From: Chara braunii | Lineage: Eukaryota; Plantae; Charophyceae | Assembly: GCA_003427395.1 (NCBI GenBank) | Contig: BFEA01000020.1 | Location: forward strand, 1,625,588 to 1,689,587 | Length of the DNA: 64,000 bases | Direction of reading: 5' to 3' | Part shown: positions 36,865 to 49,108 of the stretch, piece after piece | Position numbering within the stretch: the stretch's first letter is position 1 | Layout of the letters: each line of letters starts with the position of its first letter | Program-made: the position numbers and the translations under genes | The notes under the pieces: generated by a model | What the model was told of the DNA's origin: nothing | What the model saw: the letters and a program-made list of their open reading frames with translations, nothing else | The model's database searches: none

Positions 36865-38657
36865 CTACAATGTGCTTGTCGAAACCCACCACTTGCAGCT
36901 CGAAGCGGATACGCTTCGCAAATTCATGCATCGCTTCTTCGTTCCATACTGCATTTTTTAGGGCATTGGTTTCGATATTGTCGATGGACCAGTCATCTTC
37001 CGTATTAAGCTGCATGATTATCGTCGATGGACTCGGGTACACGATGTTTACCACGTCTCATTGCTGCGTCCTTACTGCAGGCCCTCGGCACACCCTCCAC
37101 CTATCGTGGTGGACGGTCACGCGGAAATCATTGTTTTCGACATGTTTCTCGTCGAGTCACCGGTGATACCCCTTCTCGCATCGAGTAGTTTATGCGTTGG
37201 AAGGGCAATCCTGATGAGTACCTACTTAGGAGCCCCTCGAACACTTGCAATATGCCATGACATTAGTGCGTGTATATGATCGTGCTCATCATGCAGAGAT
37301 GTTTGCTTGTGCTCAGGGGACTGACCCTGCTTCTCCTATAGAAGGACGCCTCTGCGCATCCACAACACACCCCCGTCGCCCTGTGCGTTATGGTGACTGA
37401 CCCTTTCATCACCTATGTACCTTCCCATTGACTCACACCTTATGTGGTCCATGTTCAACTCTACTTTAGGATGTCAACATTTTGCGGCTATGCTTTGACA
37501 TCGACGTTGACTCCTACTTCATCGATGTCATTGCCTACTTCGACGACTCCAGTTACTTCATAGACTTCAACTACTTTGGACGTGACTCCTTCATGCCACC
37601 ACCCTACCCTCAGTACCCTATATATTCCCTTATGTTTGTCACATGATGACCCTCTTGTCGAGCATTACCTACCTCGATGGTTTATCTTATAGCTACACCA
37701 AACCTGAACCCGGATAGCTCATGTCCGGGGACCGGACGTATGTTCGATCGGGTCCGGACGTCTAGGCTTCCGGACCTCCGGACATGCATGGTTCCAGACG
37801 GTCCGAACCAGTAAACAGGTCTGGAAATGTCCAGACCATTAAAAAAAATTAAAAAAAAAAAATCTGAAAAAAAGGTATGTTATGTAGAATAACAATGCAA
37901 ACCACTTTTGCCTCAGAGTCATGTAGAATTCCTAACCAAACTTGAGTTAAAAGTCAAAAACTATAAAAAAAACTTTAAAAAAGATTTAAAAAACTAATAA
38001 AAACTTAAAAAGTAACGAATGATTAATCATTAAAACATTGGGGGTGCCTAATAAATTATTATAGAGAGAGAGAGCATGTCCGGACCCTCCAAAAAAACAT
38101 AAACGGGCCTGGAAAACCCCGAAAACAATTTTGGGGGCTTGGCTCCACAGTGAGGAAAGGTCTTGGACCGTTTTTTTTTTTTTTTTTTTCCCCTCGAAAT
38201 TTGAAAGATCCGGACCTTCCAGACTGGACGTCTGGAGTCCGGACTAAATCTGGACCATTTGGACGACGGTCCGGACGTTCGGATCGTAACCATGGTTTAT
38301 CTATTAGAGCCATTGGTTTTGTTTCGCTACCTCCCACCTCGAGCTTGATGACCTACCCCACCTTTGCATGCGACTGCCCCTAAAAGTTTTAGTTCTTAGA
38401 ATGCATTCACCCCCTCGAGACCATTGCACTCCCTGCGGTTCAGCAACACAACATTATCTTGTGACATAGTGCTCCAGGAGTTTAGGATTGTATAATGCTA
38501 GATTTCGTTTCTTGCCGCTAGTTAGGATATGTACATCAGACATTTGCTTTTCTTCATGATATTATGTAGCTTAGGCTGCATCACATAAACCCAACATGGA
38601 GCTTGCTCCACGTCCTAGATTTCTCAGCTTTTTGTTTACAGAGTGTTTGAGGATCGT
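36865..38657 (+). mobile_element. 3' fragment of the same chromovirus family (IN C-terminus, chromodomain, 3' UTR)
   Basis: Colinear with 13745-15322 (HLQLEADTLRKF, VHDVYHVSLLRPY, 3' UTR blocks). Ends at TGAGGATCGT, the LTR junction motif. Confidence 0.9.
37688..38294. mobile_element. hAT-type MITE with 8-bp TSD
   Basis: TSD GTTTATCT at 37680-37687 and 38295-38302. Termini TATAGCTAC and GTAACCATG form a degenerate TIR. TCCGGAC subterminal repeats at both ends and an AT-rich core. The paralogous site at ~14878 is empty. Confidence 0.85.
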
Positions 38658-38789
38658 TGTACATGGATTGAATGCTCTGTGAGGCCGCGTTGACGGGCTT
38701 CACGTTGTCACTCACAACATAATCTCCTTCAAGAAGTTTTCGGGAGGTGACGGTGTCCTATTAATCTCTTCTCGTACTGCACTTCACCA

Positions 38790-40300
38790 AAGGGCTGCAC
38801 CGACACTGACTATGAGAAGGAGAAGGTGCTTCTCTCGCAGGAAGAGGCAGAGGATGAGTTTAGTCGGGATAGCGGTCTGGCATCTGGATTAAGGGATGAC
38901 GGAAGTAGAGTGTTTCATGATGATCTGCAGGGTTTGGTGACTTCACGCAGTCCAAGGTGACCTCACGAGGTGATGGGAGCTCGACGTGCAACAACTTGTC
39001 GAAGTCGTCATCCTAAGTACTGCTCTAAATTTTCATAGTGGATCTGTCTATTCTATCTATTCTGACATGCTGGAATTTACGTTTTAAATTTTCTTACTTT
39101 GATGATCTGTAGGTCGGTAATGGTTTGTAGACTGATAATTCATGAGTCGTGATATTCTCCTGGATGTGTATTCTGAATTCCTTCTCTTAACAAACTTGTC
39201 CCTAGCATAACGTGATTCACGTAATGGAATATTTGATGTTTGTTATGATGTTATAATAATCAACTAAAATTACTTCAGAATTATTATGTTCTTAACACAC
39301 GTTGGATGCTATCTCTGAAATAATTACGTCATAATCACTTTTCTTAAATATGTGCTTCTGAAATACGACCTGATTTTTACTTCATATGTTCTGATATTCG
39401 AACCCGAAATTTGAAATTACAAATGGTAAATTTCTAGATGATTGCCTTAATATCAATTTTAATTTTGAATTCGAGTCCTTCCCCGCTGAGGGCACAACGC
39501 TACCGAGAGCGCTGCGCCCGCCCAAGCCGGAACGACGGGTGCACCAACGAGCGTTGAAAAGCGAACCTGCGATGACCCTTTCACGAGGGCACAGCGGGTC
39601 AATATCCTGTGTGGCGATGACGCTTCTTAGAGACTTCCGTGGATGTTGAAACAGGAGGGGTGTGTGGTTTGAGGGGCGTGTGGTTTGAGTCGCCGTGTGT
39701 GGGGGGGGACGCACGTGGCATAGGGTTATAACGCCACTCCTTCTGTCCTCTGTGTTTAATCTCTGTCTCTCGCTTCTCCGGTTCTTTGTTGTCATGGGTC
39801 GTTGGATCTGGATTGAATTCTCTATGAAGCTGTGTTGACAGGCTTGACATGGTCATTCACAACGCAACCGCGTTCGGGGAGTAAAAGGGAGGCGGGGGCG
39901 TCCCAGTAATCTCTTATGGTTGGTGCACTTTGCCGTAAGGCTATACTAGCACCAGCTGTAGGGAGGAGGAGTGACTCCTTCTATAGGAAGAGGCAAGGAC
40001 TGAGTTTGGTCTGGGCAGCAGTCGGGCAGCTGGATAAGGGGACTGTAGGAGCGAAGTGGTGCGTTATGGTCTGCAGTGATTGGTGATTTCAGGTAAAGCT
40101 CAAGGCGGCATCACGTAGAGACGGAAGCTCTGAGTGCAACATTTTTCAGCTACTCCGTTAGATGGTTTGATGGTTAGGGATGTCTCATTGTTGTTTTGAT
40201 ATTTCATAATATTTTCTTGGATGTTGCTGATCTCGACATCTGACGGATGATCTGTAAATCTGATTTTGTATGATTTTTGTCTGATTCTCAATTTGTAATT
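38790..40300 (+). repeat. Diverged direct repeat (~300 bp) at ~38790-39100 and ~39940-40270
   Basis: Shared blocks AGGAAGAGGCA..GAGTTT.GTC.GG..AGC.GTC.GGCA.CTGGAT.AGGG and CTGCAG.G.TTGGTGA.TTCA. Confidence 0.65.
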
Positions 40301-40669
40301 TTCTTTCTTCATAAATTGATGGTCGAAGTTTACAATTGACTATTTTGTTCTATACTCATATAACCATCTAAATTAGTCTTCAGATTACAACATCTGGTAA
40401 ATTTTCTGAGCTACTTTCTGTCTCAAATTCCCAAAGAACAATTCTAGAAGGGTATTCTAATTCGTACAAATTTTTCGATGTTGATTTAAAAAAAAACTAT
40501 CGAAAGTCCTACTTGGACATCCTATTCGTAACTGCTAATAATAGTTCATATAAGTTTTCTAAATTTCGTCGTAGATCGATTTTTAAAATTGTCATGATTT
40601 TATTTTCTAATTTGTCATGATTCGATATTCTAATTGTTAGCAAATCTTCTTAGGGGTGCCTGTTGTTGT

Positions 40670-42511
40670 CATAATTGTGGATCTGCGGTTCTTCGATGCT
40701 AGAACGACGTTAGTCGGTGTTGGGGTGTTGCCCTGTAACCGCGAAGCAAGATCATGAGACCTGGTAAAGAGATCTGGGGATGCTTAGGGGCGGGCATCTT
40801 ACAAAATAATCAAGGGTTGTTGCTTGGAGGATGTCGGTTGGAACTGGGGTGAGTTGTGTTGCCCTCTCCTTGACTTTTCTGCAAATTGTCAACTAGGTAT
40901 TTTTTAGCCAAAAAACATATGATTAAGGAAAGCAGATTATTCGCATGGACGGGTGGGAAGTTCGTAGAGGGGGTGTAACAAGGGAAGGGCCTTAGTCTTC
41001 GTAAGTAGGTCAGAAGGACGTGGCTGGGACGACGCAGACCAGTGCTAGAGCATTACTTTGTAACCTGGGGAAGCGTGAGGCTTGGGGAGCTCCGTCGAGG
41101 GGGGAAGGCAGAACCACCACGTTCGACGCAGCCGTTGCTGGGGTTTTATTCCTGTCACCTAGGGGCGTGCGGCCAATGGGAGTTGTCGAGGAAGGAAAAC
41201 ACTCCTTGCCGTCTATACCAGGCTGGTCGATAATGGGGCATGGTGGTGCCCTGTAACCCTAGCATAGGGGGTTATGAGACCAGCCGCGTTTAGGTTCGAG
41301 GACTGATCACGGGGACTTTGTTTTTTTCCAATTGTTGCGTGAAAAGTTTGTTAGTTGGTGGTTTCGATTTGGATTTTTTGCTTTCAATTTGTTGTATGTC
41401 ACTCGTGTCCTATCTCGTTAAAAAAAAAAACCAACGGGCGATGTATTCGGATATGGCTATCCTCTAGGTTGTTCTCGGTGGTTGTGGTAAAACGGTTTTA
41501 GGCTCTTGGGACTCCTTGCAATTTCCTTGAGGCGATTTTTGATGTTGTTTTATTCATGCACCTGCGGTTGTTCGATGCCAGAATGACGCTAGCTGGTGCT
41601 GGGGTGTTGACCCTGTAACTTGTTGACAACAGGAGCTTGAGGCGTGGTAGAGAGATCTGGGAGTGCCTTAGGGGGGCATTTCATGGGACAATCAAGGGTT
41701 CCTATCGAAGACGATCTTGGCCGGAGCCGGGGTGAGTTGCCTTGCCCTGTAACCTATAGCGGGGGTGACACGCTTGGTAGAGGTTGGTAGGGAATAAGAC
41801 AGTGTCTGAGGACTTCGAGGGTGTTAGGACCCTGTGGCGCTTTAGAGTGTTTGAAGACAATTGTTGAGACTTTCGCTGGTGGATAGTCTCCAAAATTTGC
41901 CTCAAATAAAATTGATTTGTGTTAAAAAAAAGAGAGAATGTTTTAGGATTCTGGGGACTTCTAGCAACTTGCTTCAGGCTGTTTGATACTGATACGTTCA
42001 TGGATCTGCGGTTGTTCGATGCCAGAACGACGCTGGCCGGTGGTGGGGTGTTGCCGTGTAACCTGCTGATTGCAGGAGCGTGAGGCCTGGTAGAGAGATC
42101 TGGGGATGCTTTGGGGTGGGCATTCCAAGGGACAACCAAGGGTAGCTGTTGGGACGACGCTGGCCGGAACTGGGGCGAGTCGTGGCTGTAACCTAGCCAG
42201 GTGGGAATGTGAGGCCTGGGAGAGCTCGACAAGGAATAAGACAGTGTTGGACATTTTTAGAGAGTTTTGTTTGGGAGTTTAGGGGTTCTGAGCATTCGAA
42301 AAGAGGTGAGTAGTCATTCATAGTTTTTTAACCTCTCCTTTAATTCTCTTGAATTTCTTCAATGGTTCTCAGATTGATTCTCAGTTGAAGTCGGGTAATG
42401 GCCCCGGTATCTCAAATGACGTGTGCAACTCTATATCGGACGCTGGGCCCGGTTCCCAGCACGTGCTGCTCCCCACGAATAGCCCAGAGCATTTGTCCAT
42501 TAAAAAAAAAA
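40670..42511 (+). mobile_element. Non-coding modular element with poly(A) tail (non-autonomous retroposon-like); 5' end uncertain
   Basis: A ~200-bp module (CTGCGGTTGTTCGATGCCAGAACGACGCT..CCTGTAACC..GGTAGAGAGATCTGGG) occurs at ~40680, ~41560 and ~42003. The 3' tail is shared with 46920-47053. A-run at 42502-42511. Confidence 0.65.
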
Positions 42512-42584
42512 TAATAGTAGATAAATAAATAAAATTGAACTCGAGTACAAATAGATCAGTTTAGTTTCCTTTCCAACTTAAACT

Positions 42585-42735
42585 ACCAGTACCTCCTAAA
42601 AGTGCTCAGCGTTAACGGGCATGACTTGTTGGATGAACAGGATTGGGCCGGTAGGCCAGATTCAACCAAGTGGAAACAGTGCAATTTCCACTTTTGGCTG
42701 GCCGTTAACACGGAGCACTTTTAGGAGGTACTGGT
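42585..42735. mobile_element. 151-bp MITE-like foldback with 34-bp TIRs
   Basis: ACCAGTACCTCCTAAAAGTGCTCAGCGTTAACGG versus CCGTTAACACGGAGCACTTTTAGGAGGTACTGGT, 32/34 complementary. No clear TSD. Confidence 0.85.
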
Positions 42736-43753
42736 GAAACGGTAGTCACCTGTTAGCAGTAGCGAATGCAGATCCCAGGGTTTGATCCCTAGTTCTTACC
42801 TTGCCCGTGTACAGTATCTATGTCGACCCCGAGAGTTGAACCCGTGACCTGTGTATTCACAACAATTAATAGGCTGTCGTAGGTCCGTAGGTGGTAGGGG
42901 TTCGATCTGTAGACCTATTGGATAGAGGTCTTAGTGAGGCCGAGAGGTCGTAGTTGTACGTGTTCTGAGAGGTCAAGGTCGTAGCTGCTACAGTCCTGAA
43001 AGGTCAAGGTTGTAGCTGCTACAGTATTCGAAAGGCCAAGTCTGCAACCTTTCGGAAGGTCCTAGTGGTGGCCTTTCGAAGTATTGCTCATGTTTAGATA
43101 GAGGCAAGTGGGCAAGTGGTGAGCCCAACTGCGGTACGTCGGCAGTGCCACTTCATTGAGTTGGCAGTGAGTTGGCAGTGCAAACCCATGCAGTCAGCAG
43201 TACCAGTCCCAGTCAGTCACAATCCAGTCAAGCAAGTACCTTGTGGGACTGTGTGCACCAGGAGCATGGGAAAGGTGCAGACCAACGAGCTACAAAAATA
43301 TAAATCACGAGGCAGCGCCCAGCCAATCATTCATTCCTGCGTAAGCCATGCGGAAGTGCTGCTTGAGCGACTTGTGCGAGGTGGTCTGCAGAGCGCCCGA
43401 AGACGAAGTGGCCAGAGTAGAGGTTGAGTAGCCATAGCCAGCAGGGCTGAGCGACCATAGCCGTCGTAGGTGGTAGGCGAGTGTAGAGTGTGTGTGTGTG
43501 TGGTACAATGTGTCTCGTGTTGGATATGCAGGGTGATCCTGAGTTGAGTGTAGGTGATCAGTGGAGTGAGGCACAGTGACGAATAGAGACTTGTGTAGGC
43601 ACTGATGCCCCATAGCCTGTTGAAGAGAGCATGTATTTGTACTGTGTTTCTGGTTTTCATATCTCTGAGCTTTAAGTGGGCGTTGAGCGCTAATGTGACT
43701 TGTTATCTGTTTGCATGAGTACAAAGTGGAAAAGAAAGCGAGTCTGATTGCAT

Positions 43754-43765
43754 TGGTATCGGAGC
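43754..43765 (+). promoter_or_regulatory. Primer binding site (tRNA-iMet-like)
   Basis: TGGTATCGGAGC (one mismatch to TGGTATCAGAGC), 1 nt after ..TTGCA. Confidence 0.8.
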
Positions 43766-43865
43766 TGGTACCCACTATTCCACGCGCCATCGCTATTGAA
43801 GGAGAAGTTCGCCATAGCCGACCTGCAGAGGAGGAACGACGCTGCACACACCTGCAAAGAAGACC

Positions 43866-43868
<3 letters not shown>

Positions 43869-43947
<79 letters not shown>

Positions 43948-43993
43948 NNNNNNNNNNNNNNNNNNNNNNNNNNNNNNNNNNNNNNNNNNNNNN

Positions 43994-44038
<45 letters not shown>
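43869..44038. repeat. (GA)n microsatellite spanning a gap
   Basis: Direct reading. Confidence 0.97.
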
Positions 44039-44041
<3 letters not shown>

Positions 44042-46074
44042 AGCGATACAACATTGGTTTGCCACATACCTGTGCTGAAGACAATCACTACAAAGAGAGA
44101 GAGAGGGAGGAGCAATACAAATTGGTTGTGCAGTCCAGTAAGGAAGAAGGTAGCGGCCATAGCCGCTAAGCTCGGACACAGAGGGACGAAGGAGGAACCG
44201 TGGTTGAGAAGGAGGGAGAGACCGAGAGGAGTAAGAAACCATAGCCGAGGAAGGTGAAGGGAGAGACGAAAAAAAAAAAAAGATAACCGGGGTGGAAGAA
44301 GAAAGAGGCGAGGAAGGAGAAAGGAAGGAGAGAGAAAGAGAAAGCGGAGGTTGGTGAGGAAGAAGACGACAGCCATAGCTGGTGAGTGTTGACCAGGAGT
44401 TGACCGGGAGTTGACCAGGAGTGTTGACCAATCATTGACCAAGCATTGACCGAAGCTGCTGACGGTCAGTTTGACCAAGTTGGAGTTGATATATTCTCGC
44501 CAAACCTTCAGCCTATCCCCTCGCCCTATGGATGTGCATAGACCCTGTGGTACTTGCTGAGTCTATCTGTCTCTTAGGCAGACCTTAAAAACATTGGAAG
44601 CATTACCTGCTTGGGAGGCACTTCAAAGTATATTCATACCACGAGACTCTTAGGTGGCTGAAGACGCAGGCCAAGATGACACCTAAGTTGACTAGGTGGG
44701 CCGCTGAGATAGACCAATATGACTTTGAGCTCAAACCGGTGAAAGGCAAATATAACGTAGTTGCGGATGCTCTAAGTAGGAGATCAAACTACTTTGGAGC
44801 TATAGTTCACTATCTGGATATAGGGACAGATCTGCAAGAGAAAGTAAGACAGGCGTATGCGCATGATCCTATTTATGGTGGCCTCCTCAAGAAAGTTAAG
44901 GAGGCCCCAGAGACCGAACCACATTACCGTACAGAGGGGTTACTATTCGAGAAGACCGATGTAGCAGACCGGTTGTGCGTTCCTAATAGCAAGGAGATCT
45001 GTAGTTTGATCCTAGGGGAATGCCACGACACAGAGGGACATTTCGTTTGGCAAAAGACTTTAGCCAATCTGATGCATGCGTACACGTGGCCAAGGATGAA
45101 AGCTGATTGCATAGAGTATGTTCGCAGTTGCAAAGTCTGCCAAATGAATGAAACAACGACGCGTGCACCTCTTGGTTTTTCCGACCCTTGCCTATTCCTG
45201 ACCAGCCTGGGAATTTAGTCTCCATTGACTTCATGGATGCTAGCGTCAAGAGTAGGCACGACAAGAGCCAAGTCATGGTTATAGTCGATAGGTTTAGTAA
45301 ATACGCTTTGTTCCTTTGCCTGCGGTGGCACATACTGATCTAGTAATTCAGAAGTTTTTCTATCATTGGGTGAGTGATTACGGGATTCCGCTGTTTATAG
45401 TTAGCGATAGAGACACCCGGTTCACTAGTCAGAACTGGCAGGAATTGATGAAAGTTTATGGGTCAAAGTTACTCATTTCATCTGACCGTCATCCAGAGAC
45501 CAACGATCAGACTGAGCAGATGGATAAGATCCTGTAACAAGTTTTGCGCATGTATATTAGACCAGATCAGATCAACTGGGATGAGATGTTGCCCAAGGTA
45601 GGTAGTGCGTATAACAATAGCTGCATTTAGCCACCTGTCGTACTCCCAATGAATTGCACAAGTCCTTTAGACCACGCAGACCGTTTGAAGGACTTACTCA
45701 GGATCGGATTCATAGGCTACCGCCCGATACTAGGGAGTTTCCAATGCAACACGGAAAGGAGTTAGCTATCGTCGTTGAGAACCTCAGGAAGGTCCAACAA
45801 AGAATGATAGAACATGCTAATAAGCACTGTCGCGCGTCACAATTCCAAGTAGGTGACCTTGTCTTGCTCAAGTCCAAAGAATTTGCTCCTGAGGAGAACA
45901 TTTTGCAGAAGCTACTGCCCCTATACAGAGGACCGTGGCCAGTCCTAGAAGTTAAGGGTGGAGAGGATGGGCTGTCCTACACGATAGAAATCCCAACATA
46001 CCTCCACACCTACCCTGTGTTTCATGCGTCAAAGTTGCTGCCGTGTGTCACAAGCCAATAGTTTCACCTTAGCC

Positions 46075-47052
46075 TAAGCTGGGTAATGGCCCCGGTATTT
46101 CGAAGTTTTGAAAATTTTCCATAAATTTCTTAAAAAAGAAGAAAATTATTCTAAGGCTTGGTGCTAGTGGCAGGGGGTTATGGTGGCTGTGATGGTGGGA
46201 GAGGATGCGCTCTGCGGCGAAGGGGCTAGCCTGCAGGGTTGAAATAGGGTATAGCAGCGGTGGAGACTCAATTGCGGTAAGACTTGCTGGAGTAGGGCTG
46301 AGAAGGTTTTTTGCGGGATATCTGCAACTAGTGCCTGAGGGATGGATGATTGGAGCTACAGCTATGGCGCTGATTGGTGGCTTGACTGGTATCTGTTGTA
46401 GTCCTGAGTCCCAGGGGTTTGCGGATAGACGAGGCCAGAACGACGCTGGTCGGTGTTGGGGCTTGGTCGCGCTGCCCTGTAACTTGAACTTTACGAGGGC
46501 ATGAGACCTGGTAGAAAGATCTGGGGAGTTGCCGAGGGTGGAAGGCACTCTAGTGTCTGTTGGTGAGCTGGTGCCTAGTCGGCGCTGGCCGGAGCTGGGG
46601 CGGGTCGCGTTGCCCTGTGGCCTAGCAGGTGGGGGGTTTCTGGGGTGGGCCGTGCCACTCTGTAACCTAGCAGTTGGGGGCGTGAGGCTTGGTAGAGATT
46701 GGGCATCAGGGTATAGGGGTGAGGCAGGTAGGGCTAGGGCCGCTGAAAGGCACCAAGGCAGGTGGGTTATTCGGTCTGAATTCTCACGTGAGCCAAGGCT
46801 CGAAAAACAAAAGGGCCTTTTGAATTTAGTACTGCATAGATGTCTGTTTCTTTTCCATAAGCCCCTTTGAGGCTGTTTAATTAGTACTTGGAGCAAGTTG
46901 TTCTCAAATTTCTCAGGCGAAGCCGGGTAACGGCCCCAGTGCTTTAATACTTGTGTATCCTTATATGGGACGCTGGGCCCGGTTCCCATCACGTGCTGCT
47001 CCCCACGAATAGATTGGAGCATTTTGTACCAAAAAAAAAAAAGAAAAAAAAA
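46075..47052 (+). mobile_element. Second member of the modular poly(A)-tailed non-coding family
   Basis: Module at ~46430. The tail GGACGCTGGGCCCGGTTCCCATCACGTGCTGCTCCCCACGAATAG is followed by an A-rich run at 47031-47052. Confidence 0.65.
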
Positions 47053-47117
47053 GAGTTTCATTGTTTTTGAGCAAGTGTGCTTTTGGCTCTTGCCATCCGC
47101 TACAGGTCTGAGGATCA

Positions 47118-47443
47118 TGCAACGGGTGTCTATTTACCCTGGCTTATAGCCAGGGCTAATTGCATGTTCAGCCTGTGGGACCAGCCTGCTGGCCTGATCT
47201 TACACGCCATGTGGATATTAAGTCCAGCCCAGTCCAGTCCAGTACCACTGTTGGTACCAGTCCAGTCCAGTCGGTCCGCTGGGGGTATATCCCAACTGCA
47301 GTCTGTATTTTGGCTCATTCTTCATTTATACATTTGGAGTACGTGTGGGTTGAGTCCATGGTAGAGCTGCGTCATCTGCACCTTCCTCCTCATCTCTCCC
47401 TTCTCCACAGCAATGGGACCGCCACCCCGGCTGTCGTGTTACA
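47118..47443 (+). repeat. Diverged chromovirus-family 3' LTR with ~35 bp of upstream junction
   Basis: Preceded by TACAGGTCTGAGGATCA as at 15306-15322. Runs TGCAACGGG..ACCCTGGC.TA.AGCCAGGG..GGGGGTATA.CCCA..TTACA. Confidence 0.8.
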
Positions 47444-49108
47444 CCGGCTGCCAGGCCCAACCCTTATGCCATAGGTGGACATAAGCCAGTATGCCTTCAG
47501 CTGCGGGTTTTATTCCAAGGGTCGTGCTAGAAAGGCACTTTCTGGGAACACAACGTATCCGAAGCCAGTTCTGAGTGGACTGATCATGAAAATCTTTCTA
47601 TGAATGTCCTAGGGTTTCTTAATCTTTTTAGATGTGTCTGATGAAATGTGTTGTAATCACGTTAGGACTTCCTTGCATTTATCTGGCTGCAATCATGGCC
47701 TCATTCACTCGAGAAAGTCCTAGGAGCGAGGCGCGGTGAAGCGCCGCCAACGACGCCGGTTGTTGCGCTCGTGGTCTTGCGCCGTCGACCGCTAGTTCGC
47801 TTACGCGAACACGGCCGACCTGACAAGCGGTCCTTCTGCTACCCTAGCGAAAGTTACCGCGGTAACGGCGACTCACCATGGCTATGGCTATGGCGGCGTA
47901 AGTTTACTTTCGCCCGTCCCCGTTTTACCACACCGGAGTCTATCACCAAAAATGCGCCCGCCGGCCATAGACAGGGAGCTACAAGGACAGCAAACAGTGG
48001 CAGTGGCAGGAAGAACTCAGGTACCTCGGTGGACTACGTGCACCAAGAGAGCTCGGCATCACAAGCGAAAAGTACGGTAAACCACGCCCCTAGGGTAGAA
48101 GTGTGCATAGCCGAAAGCGAGGGATCTCTCCCGGCTTAGTAGGCTAGCACGGCTACCGAGCCATTCCTCGATGCGCCTCTGATGTCCATGCGTGTGTATC
48201 TCTCCCTAGCCGAGTGTGGGGTCACGAAGGAGGATCGATCCGGAATCAGCGCCCAACGCTGGTGGTTACCCGATGTAGAGATGGAAGTAGCCGCGGTTCA
48301 AGGGGGTTTACTCTCCACTGCTTCGCTTGGAATGATCGAAAATGCTCTAGACTAGGATAACTAGACAAGCGGCCAGAATTAAGCCGCCGCAGGAGTAGCT
48401 GTGTGTATGGAAATTTGGTGTGTAGCGTCTGGTTTCACCTTGTTGGTCTTCCTACGAATGCCTCCTCATCTCAGCCGTATGATAAGCTACTGAGAACTAT
48501 AGACCTAACATCTGTTTGTAGTCGCTGGATATCATATAAGATTGAGGCGGATGTAGTGCGAATGAGGTCGACTTGCTGGTTCTTGGTTTAGCTTGGCTCG
48601 AACGACATTTGCTCAGACTAGGACGATCTGGTCGGCTCTCGAAACAAAGCCGACACCAGTGTAAACTACTCCCCCGTGGTATCGGAGTTACAACGGAATC
48701 CTGCGGGTCTCAGCTCTGTAGGAGTAGATTAAGGGCATAGGAACGATTGGGATGTATCCCGAATGAAGGATCAATAGCTGCATCGCCGGTATCTGTCTTC
48801 GATTAATAGGAAGGGTCACCGAATCCGCGGGAAAACCACCCAGAGGGTGAGATTCGTAAACATCTCGCACTCACCCATCACTATCCTGGCCCAGTCTTCT
48901 CCACATCAGCCCGTAGGACAATGGTGTGGGGAAGATAATGACTGGCCCAGGTACAGGCAAATCAAGTATCGGTGAACGGGAGATAAAGGTAAGGCAGATT
49001 CGCTGCCGGGATTGCAAGAACCCGCCAACTCGATCGGACCTAACCATGCAAGCACGGTTGCTCCGGGCAGCCCGCCACCATGGAGGAACAAGGAAATGTG
49101 GAATTAGT

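Larger units (their letters stand above)
42875..46061 (+). mobile_element. Third Ty3/Gypsy element, internally deleted (LTR, PBS, leader, RNase H end, integrase)
   Basis: Putative LTR TG..CA at 42875-43752 (start uncertain) and a PBS at 43754. From ~44560: RWAAEIDQYDFEL..NVVADALSR, ECHDTEGH..CKVCQ, IVSDRDTRF, RHPETNDQTE, GPWPVL and YPVFHASKL. No gag, PR or RT seen between. Confidence 0.82.

Noticed and set aside
43690-44478. 262-aa hydrophobic ORF and overlapping ORFs
   Set aside because: These are artefacts of the (GA)n tract, the N gap and purine-rich sequence.
46069-47118. 349-aa minus-strand ORF
   Set aside because: It is an antisense reading through a GC-rich repeat and its poly(A) tail, with no recognisable domain.
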